Shown: positions 1 to 13,266, numbered from the whole stretch's first letter. The stretch is DNA of 63,831 nucleotides, filler included, from Octopus bimaculoides (GCF_001194135.2; 4 parts of 3 records of this genome joined end to end with filler, not necessarily neighbours in it); one strand, 5' to 3'. Translations and numbers: made by a program. Notes: generated by a model from the letters alone, not told the origin.

Positions 1-28
<28 letters not shown>

Positions 29-34
<6 letters not shown>

Positions 35-331
35 TACAGAATGGGACAAGAACGCAAAACATCCAGACAATTAGGTGATACAAGAAAGGGCCAAAACATT
101 CAGATAGACGATACAAAGAAAACACGGAGAGGTCATTCGGAGTTTTCTCTCTTCAGTCGAGATTCAGATTATCCTTGCAATTTCGGCTGGTTATTCTCGA
201 TATTGCTCCAATCTGGCCAGCCCCAAGGAAAAATTAAGCTAAGAGCATTAGATTCCTTGGAAGAAAGCAACGAATGTATAACAAGACAAAACAACAGATG
301 TCTTTCGACTAAGGACGAATAAAATTAAGCT
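29..331. repeat. Interspersed repeat of uncertain class abutting an (AT)n tract
   Basis: Non-simple ~300 bp block between (AT)n at 1-28 and (TATG)n at ~335; internal direct repeat AAAATTAAGCT at 230-240 and 321-331. Resembles a recurrent Octopus repeat from memory only. Confidence 0.4.
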
Positions 332-2329
332 GAAGTATGTATGTCTATGTATATGTACACATATATATATGTATTTATGTATGTATGTATGTATGTAAAA
401 TGTCAATGAAAAAGATTTGCGTTGCATTACTACCAACAAAAAGAAGGATTAAGTACAAAAAAAAGATCTAAGGAATAGGACTAAGAAAATACAGATACAT
501 TCTCTCATTGGTTGTTGACTAAAGTTCCGTAGTTTTCACGCTTAAAGAGCAAGACTGTTAGCTTCTCCAATACATTTCTAGAAAAATTTACTGAGGAAAG
601 ATTCGGTGAAGGACAAGCAACAAAGGATAGGACAGCGAAACATGGGACAATATATTTATATTAACACAGAACAATGCAATACGTATGCTTGAAAAACAAA
701 AGATTGTAAAACTTTAAGTAAGACAATTATGAATGTTTATAGACTTCCGAAATATGATACGTGATATAGTTCTTTATTTCATGTTGGGACAAACAGATTA
801 AGTAATAAAGATAGTAAAAATAAGTTTGTTGAGACAAACCGGTAGTTTCACATTTAGTAGCCCATATACTACACTAGCCTATACCAAGAGCTTTTTAAAT
901 ATGAATATTAGAACACTAGAGTCACATATACTCTAGCAACTAGAATATCATAAAGACAAACTTAAATGGAAATAATATTATAATGATTCATTAAATGCAA
1001 AATTAAATGATATAAACTATTATTTACAAATAATTTTCAAGCTGAAGTACTTATACATAATCTCCACAAAAATTCTCATTCAACTAAATAACAAATGTTT
1101 TTTATGAATTCAAATAAAGAAATCAAGTATATTCATTATTTTAACACACACAGCACTATATAAACATATTATAGAGCATTTTAAATGATAGGACATAACG
1201 TTCTCGTATCAAAAAGAAACCCTACCCTCAGACTTACAGCAAAACTAAAATTCATATAATAGATCATAAATGTGAGATTTTTACACCACTTGCAAGAAAA
1301 GAAACACCATCAAGTGTATACAACGTTATAAAAACACACAAGTAGGGTTATTTTGTTAACAGCAATCATAACATAAGTTAATACAAACATAACATAACCA
1401 AATATTTATATTTGCAACAGATAAAGTTATTGAAATTCTTAAAACAAATCCATCCAATGACAAGCATTCGCTACTATGAACTGCAGATAACAGAGTAGAA
1501 TTTCTTCATACTCTAACTTATATTACCATCCCCAAATAAAATTTTCACTCAAAGAACTATTTATCCACATACGCAATAAATGTCCACTAAGAAAAATTAC
1601 GTATACTTTTATGTCTCATCATAGTGTTTCATCTTTTCATCTGATCACAAATATAAATTTTAAAAATTGGAGGATCCTCACACGCATACAGTACCATACA
1701 CCACTTACATAATTCACACGTGTGTGTGTGTGTGTGTGTGTGTTTCTTTCATAAGAATTTAGAAACCGAGAGATATGAAAGAAACCGTATTTAACGGTGG
1801 AACTCGAAGTGTGTATGTATGTATGTATGTATGCATGTATGTATCTTGTGTGTACCAATAGATGCACGACTACTACTGTTAAGTTGAGCTCCAAGTCGAT
1901 TATCATCGTCCAGCCTGCTTCAAGTATAGTGCTACTATGCTTAGTAGTAATACTGGTTATGATATACAGAGCAAATGAAGGAACAATTACGATAATTAAA
2001 CACAAGTTAATATCATTTGATCTTACGTACGTTTCAGCATTTAGTAGTCCATATCGTATTGTACGTTCCGAGTGCAAATGATACTTGACCACACTGGATC
2101 ATCGAGGAACATATTATTGCCTTGGGTTACTGAGAACTAACGTCAGAGACATATATAATTAATATACTGGTGATTGGCTTAAGATAAACTATATTTATTA
2201 TTAAAGTTGCAACTACTGGACTTTTCTAAACTGGGCCGTGCGTAACCTTTTTATTAAGATAATAAACAGAAAACTTTTCATATGATTATTTACTGTGGTG
2301 CATCTGTATAACGTTCTTGGGTTTGAATT

Positions 2330-3070
2330 TCAAGTCATCAGTCAATGATTACTTTCTGCAGAGTTTCTTTCCAACTCTCATGATGTTATTAGACTCATGT
2401 GTATAAACCTGATCGATGGATGACTTTGACATTTAGTGGTTAGTATATATGGTCGAAAGGATATGGAACGTCTTTCAAAAGCAGTTTGAATCGATGTTAA
2501 GTGCTTACCTCCACTTTTCCGTTTTAGGCAAAAGCAGTTTATATTTCTGCTGATGTGGAAATTTCTTATGTTGGGTATTAGCTTTCGGGTTTTAACATCA
2601 ATGGCCTAGATTTCAACTAGCATCTTATTGGGAAGCCCAAATGTTGGAACGAATAATGATATAGCAAAATCATTGTAATTCATTAATTTATTGTATATAG
2701 AGAATTCTGAGGAAGCTATTTTTGTTAATATTCTCTGTTTACGCTTCTTTATTACATGTGCCATCATTGGATATATTTTCAGCTAATACTAGATATTTGT
2801 TGTAACCCTGGTTGGATAACAAGAAAATAACCTGGTCATTGACAAAAGCGTTGCTTGTAGGTTTTGCTCGTTTACAAAGGAGTATGAAGATTTATCTTGA
2901 CCAAATTCCATCTCTATAGCTCAGTGGTTCAATTCTTTTCACATTCTTGGCATACGCTTTCAGTTGTCCACAAAAGCTGTATATGAAACTGGTGTTTCTG
3001 TCCTCATGCAAGCTAATCATGTACCTTCAGACTTTCTCAGTTCCCCCGATTAAGGATTTATTGAAAGTAT
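2330..3070 (-). mobile_element. Decayed R4/Dong-clade non-LTR retrotransposon, RT C-terminal half
   Basis: Manual minus-strand translation gives IEMEFGQDKS, IKKRKQRILTKIASSEFSIYNKL and AIDVKTRKLIPNIRNFH...RKSGGKHL, matching the R4/Dong post-RT motifs GMEFGxDKC, IDxKTRKLL and RKxGGRGL; many stops and frameshifts. Confidence 0.8.
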
Positions 3071-3487
3071 AAATAGCATAAGCAAGGAGACTATTTCCTT
3101 GAAATGTATCCCCGTTATGCAGGCATATTTGGCTGTACAGTAACTTTGATGAGAGAGCGAACGAGAGAAAGTGGGGAGGAGGAGAAAAAGTTTGTGAGGA
3201 GCATAGTTTACAGCTGTATATCACATGACACAGCACTATTCCATGTACTGAATTTATTGAATTTTAAATGTAATAAAATAAAAGATGGAATATGGTTGTG
3301 AATGACATAAAATCATTTATAAAATAATTAAACAGAAATGAGTATGGATATAATTCAGCAGGAAAAAAACCCAGGAAAATCAAGAAAGCAACAATTCACA
3401 TGTAGTTCTTCATAGATAAGTACATGTCGAGAAAGATCATGCACCAATATCACAGAGGTAAAATTAAGAGAATTTTAGTAATCCTTC

Positions 3488-3540
3488 GGTGCTCCAGCAT
3501 GGCCGCAGTTAAATGACTGAAAGAATAAAAGAATAAAAAT
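3488..3540 (+). mobile_element. 3' tail fragment of tRNA-derived SINE (family B here)
   Basis: GGTGCTCCAGCATGGCCGCAGTTAAATGACTGAAAGAATAAAAG matches the reverse complement of the SINE B tail at 35205-35260. Confidence 0.7.
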
Positions 3541-4559
3541 AGTTCCCCATAAACGGGTAGTTATCCAGAGAGCGACAAGACATTCTCAATACAACATATC
3601 TATCTTATATGATTTTCATTTGCGTTTGATGTTTAGAAAACAGAATTGTTTATGAGAAATGTTCAGTCGGTTGGAAAATATCACACGATTTTTTTTTTTT
3701 GTCTTTTATTAGTTATTACGGAGATACACGAGTAACTTTACGGACTCACGCGAACTTCTCGCATACAAATGATAACGTGTGTAATTACTGTCTTAGCCAT
3801 TATCAGTATTAAACACATCGCGTCGAACCACCTGTGTAGCAATATTTTGTACGTAAATGTAAACAACTTCAAATTGTAATCTACGCTATAATAAAAGTAA
3901 ATGGTAATTTAGTTATTCATGAACGGAAATAATTCTTACATTTACTTGGTCTGGATTTATTTCCTTTTACTCAACAATGTTTCCTTTCAGTTTTCAACAC
4001 TATAGAACATCATACACGTTAATGCAACATGTGCTATAATAAAGAAATTCAATATATTCCCTTAAATACCCGAGGAAGATAGCGTGGTATCTGGTTTTAA
4101 TAATAAAAGAAGTGACAATGATATTAGGAATCAAGCCGTCTTAGACTTCCGTTTTTTTACAATACATCTTGTGTTACTTTCAGATTGCAGTACGCTGCAA
4201 AAACATATCCACAAGTGAATTTTGTCATTTTATATTCAAAACCACCGTATGCATATGTATACGTTTACATATACGCGCGTGTGCACATACATACAAACGT
4301 ACATGCATGCGCCCCCGCGCGCACACACACACGTACAAATGTGTGTGCACACGCGAGTGCGTACGCACACACATACATGTGTGTGTGTGTGTAGAAGGCT
4401 AGTGATGTGGCATACGTTTCCTTCGGAAAACAAGACAAACACAAGGAAACTTTAAATATGATTTAGATCAAACACGCCTACTTACATCATTTGAAGAACT
4501 GTTTTCCTTGACCATAAATATTAAATTCGCAATGCCAAGCTTTCGATTCCAGATCAATT

Positions 4560-6230
4560 TGTATACTAAACTTCGTATCAGTTAAGCTATCGTGCAAAAT
4601 CTACGCACAACCTGATGAAATAAAAATATATACAAAATCGGCAACATTACTTTTCACAGTTTCCTGTCTCCGTTTATCTCATCAACTAAGAAAAGTGATT
4701 GTGAAAACTTTTAACTAGATTTTACCCCAGCACTAATAATTACTTCTGATCTTTACACTGAAGACAGAACTGAACCACTCATATATCAATAGCCAATGTT
4801 TTTACATTTAAAAACCATGAAACTTATTTCGACCGAAAATCTGTTGCTTGATTAAGTAACCGCTCAAAATATCATATTGTATTTATTAGTTGACACTTTT
4901 AAGACAAACTTACTCTTAAACTTAAGGCGATATCACGCTTAGTGTATGAAATAATACTTATGGTGTTATCGAATAGTTCAAATATACCTACAGTAGAATA
5001 GCTCTAAATTCTGAAACTGTGATATGAAAGACTATTACACTTCTGACAAAATCAAATCTTCATTTAGCACCCTTAATTGCGCTAAACTAGTTACCCTTAA
5101 TTTCGCTAAACTAGTTACAAATATTATGAACTCAGAAAACTATTCTGAATTATAATCATTCAAAATTGATTATCAAAGGAGTTTATTATGTCTAACTATG
5201 TCAGTATTGCAAACGATCCTGCCAAAATGAATGATCACATGGGATTATATTTGCTGCATAACTTAAAAACTATGTTCACCTGTCAATATCGAAGGAGGCC
5301 TATACTGAGACGATGGCATAATTACAACCCCATTTTACATCCTTACATCTTCATAAGTTTTGAACTATTAGATTACAATAGAAACTAATTTTACTACAGC
5401 AATTTTCTCAGATAGATATTAAAGCAAACTATTTTTAATACTATCCATACCGCAAACCTAACGAAACTCTAAACAACATCCACAAACAATCTAACCATTA
5501 CAAGAACATAAAAATAATCAAGTCACAAAACTTTTGTTATTCAAAACTTTCCTTCAACTAAAAAGCATGTAGCAAAATATCTCCTCTTTCTGTAAGCGAC
5601 TCTAAGGAGAACCCAACACATATACGAAATGAAGCATCAGTTGGCATATTCTCCTTTTATTTAGCGGTAGACACCTCAATCATAGAAATCTTCACTAAAT
5701 TACTTCAAAAGGAGCTTCTTCCGGTTGTATGAGTATTATAAAATTTGCAATAAAAGCACTATTAAAATCCCCTACTTTACTACATCCAACTTTGGTCTAA
5801 TACTTACTTTCCCAGCATGACAGATTTGTAACAGCCTACCATTTACTAAAACACTCGCACTTTTGATTCCGCTTGTCTAACTAAATATACAAAATATCAA
5901 TGCAGTGTATAAACCAACAATTCAACTAAGGTTTACATTGAAATCACCATAAACCTATAACGCATTTAAACACCATTTTAATCAGCATACTCATGTTTCG
6001 AAAACTACAAAGAATAATTTACATTTGGGATTCCAAAACAAACAAACAAACAAACAAACAAAAAAAATTATAAATTAAAATGGAACATTTTATCTAAATC
6101 AAAATCATATTCTGAACAGAAAAGAACTTACAACGTCTGCACAACTGAGAGCTCTGCAAATCCTTTTGCGAAGTCTTCAGATACTGTGTACGAATTTCTG
6201 CATGCCAACAATATTTAACTCTTTCAAAAT
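4560..6230 (+). mobile_element. Decayed Penelope-like element, RT plus GIY-YIG endonuclease
   Basis: Ordered motifs: CDMKDYYTS (DIxxFYPSI-like), DHMGLYLLHNL, GGLY*DDG (YRDD with CGA>TGA, ~5295-5318), YYPYRKPNETL..HKQSNH, NKSTIKIPYFTTSNFG, YIWDSK, KWNILSKSKSY; many stops. Confidence 0.85.
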
Positions 6231-6537
6231 TGCTACGTAATCTAATTTTATAAATTCTCTAGGCTACTATTTTGTTAGTTAACTACTCCGTACACAGAAA
6301 CTCTTCTATTTCGTTCGGCCCGACCATTTTCATCTTTTCACGTTACGATTCCACAAATTTTAGAAACTACTAATTTACGACTTTCCCTTTGCCTTCTCCT
6401 TAACTGCTTAAATCCATTTTTCACTCATATGTAAAGCTTCTGGATTCCTTCTGTTTAATGTAAATTCATAATTTGCATTCAGATTATATTTTATTATATA
6501 TTTTAGATAGATGGATAGACAGACAGATCAATCGAAC

Positions 6538-6577
<40 letters not shown>

Positions 6578-6928
6578 TTAATTGCTGGTAGGGAAGAGAA
6601 TTTCGTTGTGCAACCGTAATATACTACCAAGTATATTAAAGGTTTATATGTAAATATTGTGTCCTACTTTTGTGGTAGGAGTGCGTTGTTTTCAGTTTTA
6701 AGCTTATATACAGATTTCCTGCAGAGTTTAGAACCACCACGAAAAGTTCCGACGTTTTGTATACGAATACGTATATGTAAACAATGCGATCTATATAAAA
6801 TTTGTAGATAAACTTGTGTGTGTATGTGAGAGAGAGTTAGAGAGTGTGTGGTGTGTGCGTATGTATTTATTTTTTTATATATACGTGTGTATGTGTGCTG
6901 CGTGTTTGTGTGTGTGTGTGTATGTGTG

Positions 6929-7135
6929 TGGTAGAATCGTTGGCATAATGGGCATAATGCTTAGCGGCATTTCGTCGGTCTTTACATTCTCAGTTCGAAT
7001 TCTTCCAAGGTCGACTTTGACTTACATCCTTTCGAAGTCGATAAAAAAGTGTCAGCTGATAACTGGCGTCGATGTAATCGACTAACTTCCTTCCTCCAAA
7101 TTTGAAACGAATATTCCAAACCACACATTTAATAT
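6929..7135 (+). mobile_element. tRNA-derived SINE (family A here)
   Basis: TGGTAGAATCG A-box-like head, GTTCGAATTC B-box, and body GTCGACTTTG..CATCCTTTCG..GTCGATAAA shared with copies at 18045, 40965 and 57385. Confidence 0.85.
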
Positions 7136-8439
7136 TTCCATCTGTCTTTTTGCCTAAATTAACATAATTATTCTCATTACTACCAAATATTATTTTTCAC
7201 GAGGCTTCTGTCCCACACATATTCATATTCTTTCAGATTTTCCCCTTTAATTTCGGCAATTCACACCGATTTATGGATAGTTTTTTGTTATTAACCAATA
7301 AATGCAAGAACAATTTAGATGCATCGACGATTTGTTGCACTCTATTCCTAAACCCACGCCTGTTACATCGTATGTTAACATTTATTACTTGCTTTAAGCT
7401 GCATGTATTTCAAAACAAATTCCATGCCTTCATCTTCAGAAAAATACAGCTTTCCTCTTCCCATAACAACAATTTTAAATTTCTTCCTCCTCTCCACAAT
7501 TGATTAATCAAATTTACTTGTTTACCTTCCTTAGTAATTTAAATTAACAACCTTCTTAAATGTTTTGCAATAGAATTTAAGCTTCATTTACACATTTACT
7601 TCCCTTATTTTCCTCTCTCGCTCACTCTTTGTCTCCCCCCCCCTCTCTCTCACACACACACACACAAACTTTTCGTTCTCTATTTCTTTCTTATCTTCAT
7701 TTTTGCCTGGAGGACATTGTTATATAGTTTAAGGAGATTTAAGACAATTTTCCCAATGCTTCGACGAGTCCGTCTTCAAGGATACGTAATTAAAATTTTC
7801 TCCAACTCTGCTTAAATAAACATTTGATGTTCTGCCATCTTAGCATCGAATTCTTTACATGATTGCAATCTTTTTATGACACGCGAACAAACTAATTCCA
7901 TTATACATACATACATACATACATACATACATACATACATACATACATGCATATACATGCAAGCATACATACATGTGTATTTATATATATATATATATAT
8001 ATATATACATGTGGTACGTGTGTTTGTATGTGTATGTGTGTATGTATATAGATATATATGCATATGTAAGTATGTAAATATAAGTGCATGTATATGCATA
8101 TATGTATATATATATATAAGGTAGTAGGGGATGAATGATGAGTACCCAACATCGGAAAGCTGGATAAGTATTTCTTGTAATCTCTCTGGCATCATTTTTT
8201 TCCTCCGGAAGAGTCCGTATTTATTCATCCCCTATCAAATTCAATGAGAGAGTGTCGTTCCTACTTCAAATTCTGGTTGAATAAATGCAGATCTTTCTAG
8301 AAGAAAACAATGTAACCGGAGAAGTTATACAACATAGTAAAGATACACACATACACATGTACACATAATATTTACATATATATATCCAGTATGTATATAA
8401 ACATATATGTATGTAGGTGGTATGCGTGTGTATGTGTGT

Positions 8440-8846
8440 ATGTATGTATTCAATTTTATTTCAATATTTCGTGCCAATAGAGAAAGAGCCGATTTCTAAC
8501 CACGATCTAATTCACTGGAATTCCAATTCATTAGAATTTCAACATCAACAGGGTATTTTTGTATGTATGTATGTATGTATGTATGTATACGTGCAGAGTT
8601 GTATGTTTTGTTTTATGCATGTCATCTCATGCATACACTTGCATATCTATACATGCTCACATATATTTCAATTATAAACTTCTGGAACGTTTTACAGATT
8701 TTTAGTTCCAGGGATGGCTTGGATCTGTAGCCTTCGAATTAGCTTTCTCCTTTCTGAATTTGGGAAGCCAAATTTCTCAAGATTGGTGTTTAGGCAGTGC
8801 CCCAATAATTACAGGTATAAACCTGAACTTGTAATCTGGATAGAGT
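8440..8846 (-). mobile_element. R4/Dong-clade LINE 3' end (ORF C-terminus, 3' UTR, TACA tail)
   Basis: Minus translation YPDYKFRFIPVIIGAL..NTNLEKFGFPNSERRKLIRRLQIQAIPGT resembles the end of an RLE-type R4/Dong ORF; followed by a UTR and a (TACA)n tail; 5' side lost in an N gap. Confidence 0.75.
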
Positions 8847-9095
8847 NNNNNNNNNNNNNNNNNNNNNNNNNNNNNNNNNNNNNNNNNNNNNNNNNNNNNN
8901 NNNNNNNNNNNNNNNNNNNNNNNNNNNNNNNNNNNNNNNNNNNNNNNNNNNNNNNNNNNNNNNNNNNNNNNNNNNNNNNNNNNNNNNNNNNNNNNNNNNN
9001 NNNNNNNNNNNNNNNNNNNNNNNNNNNNNNNNNNNNNNNNNNNNNNNNNNNNNNNNNNNNNNNNNNNNNNNNNNNNNNNNNNNNNNNNNNNNNNN

Positions 9096-9420
9096 TATGT
9101 ATGAATATATGTATGTTATCAATCAGTTTCATTTCTGTATTTCTTGTCAATAGAGAAAGAGCCGGACTCTAACATAGATTCAAGGCTCCTTCATCGGAAC
9201 TTTTATCAACATCATCTAGGTATTTGTGCATATGTGTGTGTGTGTGTGCAGTATTTGGTGTTAGTGTATGCGCAGATTTGTATGTTTGTTTATGGATGTC
9301 TTTTTATGTATATATTTTCATGTCTAGGCGTATGCAAATGTATTTATGCGCCGATTTGTATGCTTGTTTTATGGATGCGTTATGAATGTATGTATGTATG
9401 TATGTCTCTTCTATTTTTAA
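9096..9420 (-). mobile_element. Second copy of the R4/Dong-like 3' UTR
   Basis: CAATAGAGAAAGAGCCG (9142-9164 region vs 8475-8491) and TTTGTATGTTT-type blocks align with 8450-8680. Confidence 0.65.
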
Positions 9421-9424
9421 AAAA

Positions 9425-9655
9425 AAATATTATAAATCTTCCACTGAGGAGAGAGCAGGTTTCCAACAACGATACAAGAGTCCATCTCGGGATGTAGTTA
9501 ACACAGACAAATTCACATTTGGAACTTGAGAAAAGTCTTGCATATTTTTACTGTTCCAATCACAGATTGTACTTGTAATGTAAGAAATTGGCCGGTCGAT
9601 TTCTCTTTCTGAAAATCCCAATTTATTCAGATTCTCCTTTAAGCAATTACTAACA
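9425..9655 (-). mobile_element. Third R4/Dong-like 3' end, 5'-truncated next to (TATG)n
   Basis: Minus translation ENLNKLGFSEREIDR..LQVQSVIGTVKICKTFLK is homologous to the C-terminus at 8690-8846; abuts (TATG)n at 9664-9731. Confidence 0.7.
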
Positions 9656-9759
9656 AAACTTTGTATGTATGTATGTATGTATGTATGTATGTATGTATGT
9701 ATGTATGTATGTATGTATGTATGTATGTATGTGTTTACATATCAAACAATCAAAGGTAT

Positions 9760-10262
9760 TTCTTGAGCCAATAGCTCATAAAGGCGATCTCCTGGACTCC
9801 ATGGCATATACATCCCGCTCCTGAACGGAACACTGAGTGGACTAGAGCAACATGAAATGAAATATGTTGCCCTAGAACAGGGGTTTTCAAACTGTGGTCC
9901 GCAGACCACAGGGGCTCCGCAAGGACAAGACAGGGGGTCCGTGGACAGCAAATACTTTTTATGGGCAATTTGATTTTATACATGTTTTTTAATCGAAATC
10001 TTTTAATTGACAATAAACCTATTTGTTAAATACTGTTAAATAAATAAATATAAAAATATATGCTATTTTAAGCAAATATTTATGTATAAATTTCATAAGC
10101 GTTTATAAGGTAAAGCCTGAAATATAAAGGGGTCCGCAAGTCAAAAAGTTTGAAAACCCCTGCCCTAGAACATAAAACATCGCCCGGTTTAGGAACCGAA
10201 ATCACGACATTACGATCATGACCTTACGATCACCGTAATCACTAAACTACGCACTTCCACAC
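9760..10262 (-). mobile_element. tRNA-derived SINE remnant (family E here) interrupted by a hAT MITE
   Basis: GAGCAACATGAAATGAAATATGTTGC | CATAAAACATCGCCCGG..GAACCGAAATCACGAC aligns with 14290-14400 once 9878-10170 is removed. Confidence 0.65.
9878..10162. mobile_element. hAT (Charlie-type) MITE, 285 bp
   Basis: Perfect 16-bp TIRs CAGGGGTTTTCAAACT (9878-9893) and AGTTTGAAAACCCCTG (10147-10162); 8-bp TSD CCCTAGAA at 9870-9877 and 10163-10170. The central CTAG is typical of Charlie targets. Confidence 0.95.
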
Positions 10263-11225
10263 ACACGAGAGCATGCACACACGCATACCTATATGATACT
10301 AAGTATGTGTGTGCTTTGAGCTGGAGTTGTTATTGGTCTACTTCAGTCTTAATTTTAATATCCATTATTTTTTTTTTATTATTTTACTTTTGTTTTTCGT
10401 CTATTTTCATTCGATCACAGTTGTACTCATTGCAAGTCCTTTTTGTTCAACAACACTCGATACGCGACTCTCAATCTGTTATGATGACACCGACACACGA
10501 ACAATGTCACACACAAATAGAGATGCACGCAAACATGTGGTACACACACGCTAGTAGAAAATGACAAATATTTATTTATCCCTTGACCTAGTGTGATTGA
10601 GTGAATCGCTTGGCTTTTCATCTGCAATTCATTTAAAATTTCCATTCCATTGTTACTCGTAAACCGATTATAAAACGCATGAACGTCACAGTTTGTCAAG
10701 ATCACAACAAATATATTTCTAAATTTAATAAAATATTATATTAGATTTAAATAGCGATTATTCACTTTTGAAATTAAAAAATAATGTAATTTCATTCAGT
10801 GAATTTTAATTAATCTTATGCGGCAGGTTTGAGAACGCCATACATTGTTCTGTATTTATGAGTTAGAAATAGGTTCGTATTTTCAACTGACAGGGATTCG
10901 AAGTAGTTTTCTTTTAATTTTCTTTTTTCTTCTTTTTAGCTGAGTAGAATTCAGACAAAATATTTTCAAATACGGATCAAATTTCTCTTTTGTTAGTAAA
11001 GATGCGAAACAAATACATTATTTAGTGGTGCACTCACCATGCAATAAAGACAAATCAAAGCAAAAAGTAAAAATAAATTTAAGACCTCTTAATATTACAG
11101 CTTAAAGATTATGTCTTGTAATTATTAGCTTTAAATTTAAACATCTCAGAAAGTCTCATCCAGTAAAAACTATTCATAATAACAGGACATGGTGTAATTA
11201 AAAAAAAAAATAGTAAGACGATGAT

Positions 11226-11402
11226 GTAGCAGAATCGTTAACGCCGTATTTCTTCCTATTGTTTGCGTTCTGAATTCAAATCCCGCCAAGATCAACTTTG
11301 CTTTTCATCCTTTCAGGGCTGATAAAGTAAAAGACCAGTAGTGAGATCGATGTAAGCGACTAACTCCTCCCCCTAAAAATTGCTGCCCTAGCGCCCTAAT
11401 TA
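11226..11402 (+). mobile_element. SINE family A, diverged
   Basis: GCAGAATCGTTA head, GTTCTGAATTCAAATCCCGCC B-box region, CATCCTTTC.GG..GATAAA body. Confidence 0.75.
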
Positions 11403-11558
11403 GAAAGACCATATCCGAAATAGTCCTGGTTTCCATTCTTCGTTGAACCTCTTTCATTTCACTCAAGTCGATTGCTAAATTCCGAGTTGCGAGGACGTAA
11501 ACGCATAAAAACCGGTTATCGAGTGGTAGTGGGACACACGGACACACACACACACACA

Positions 11559-11626
<68 letters not shown>

Positions 11627-12898
11627 NNNNNNNNNNNNNNNNNNNNNNNNNNNNNNNNNNNNNNNNNNNNNNNNNNNNNNNNNNNNNNNNNNNNNNNNNN
11701 NNNNNNNNNNNNNNNNNNNNNNNNNNNNNNNNNNNNNNNNNNNNNNNNNNNNNNNNNNNNNNNNNNNNNNNNNNNNNNNNNNNNNNNNNNNNNNNNNNNN
11801 NNNNNNNNNNNNNNNNNNNNNNNNNNNNNNNNNNNNNNNNNNNNNNNNNNNNNNNNNNNNNNNNNNNNNNNNNNNNNNNNNNNNNNNNNNNNNNNNNNNN
11901 NNNNNNNNNNNNNNNNNNNNNNNNNNNNNNNNNNNNNNNNNNNNNNNNNNNNNNNNNNNNNNNNNNNNNNNNNNNNNNNNNNNNNNNNNNNNNNNNNNNN
12001 NNNNNNNNNNNNNNNNNNNNNNNNNNNNNNNNNNNNNNNNNNNNNNNNNNNNNNNNNNNNNNNNNNNNNNNNNNNNNNNNNNNNNNNNNNNNNNNNNNNN
12101 NNNNNNNNNNNNNNNNNNNNNNNNNNNNNNNNNNNNNNNNNNNNNNNNNNNNNNNNNNNNNNNNNNNNNNNNNNNNNNNNNNNNNNNNNNNNNNNNNNNN
12201 NNNNNNNNNNNNNNNNNNNNNNNNNNNNNNNNNNNNNNNNNNNNNNNNNNNNNNNNNNNNNNNNNNNNNNNNNNNNNNNNNNNNNNNNNNNNNNNNNNNN
12301 NNNNNNNNNNNNNNNNNNNNNNNNNNNNNNNNNNNNNNNNNNNNNNNNNNNNNNNNNNNNNNNNNNNNNNNNNNNNNNNNNNNNNNNNNNNNNNNNNNNN
12401 NNNNNNNNNNNNNNNNNNNNNNNNNNNNNNNNNNNNNNNNNNNNNNNNNNNNNNNNNNNNNNNNNNNNNNNNNNNNNNNNNNNNNNNNNNNNNNNNNNNN
12501 NNNNNNNNNNNNNNNNNNNNNNNNNNNNNNNNNNNNNNNNNNNNNNNNNNNNNNNNNNNNNNNNNNNNNNNNNNNNNNNNNNNNNNNNNNNNNNNNNNNN
12601 NNNTGATGAGAAGGTTACAATTTTAATATCAAAGATCCCTATGGATCACACAGGTTGTAATCCTTTGAAACATATGTAGGAATAAAGTATGCAATTATAA
12701 CATGCGTTTTCTCCAATCCTTAAATTCTTAAATATACTCAAATACCCAAAATTTCAAGGAGTTCCTGCCTTAAAAACAGGAGCTAACCACAGTTATTTTG
12801 TGTTCTTTGCTACATTGGTTTCTATTAACCCATTTATTCTATCAGAAGAATTTTTATTCATTAAGATAAAAAAAATACACATAATTATATATATATAC

Positions 12899-12929
<31 letters not shown>

Positions 12930-12954
12930 TGTATGTATGTATGTATGTGTCTGT

Positions 12955-13090
12955 TTGTTACATCACAAGAATTTGGTCGGCATGAGATTATCGTAGAAGA
13001 TACTTGCCCAAGGTATCACGCAGTGGGGCTGAACCCAGAACTGTATGGTTGGGACGCAAAATTCTTACCACACGGGCACACTTGCGCCTA
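12955..13090 (-). mobile_element. SINE family B head, diverged
   Basis: GTAGAAGATACTTGCCCAAGGTATCACGCAGTGGGGCTGAACCC matches 37885-37930. Confidence 0.75.
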
Positions 13091-13266
13091 CTTAAATATA
13101 AAAAAATAAAATAAATAAACATATTCTTTGATCAAGACATAACAACAATAAACAAAACAACGTCAGTATTCAGAACTCACCCTCCTTCAACACACAAAAT
13201 TTTACTAAATGATTTCTTTCTGTCAGATTCCACTAATTATTTACACGGTTTATGGTTTCTGTTTAC

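Noticed and set aside
120-230. Hammerhead-like pieces on the minus strand (CTGAAGA-GAG-AAAA-CTC-CGAAT; GGCTGG..CCAGCC-GAAA)
   Set aside because: Neither has a complete core with stems I and III.
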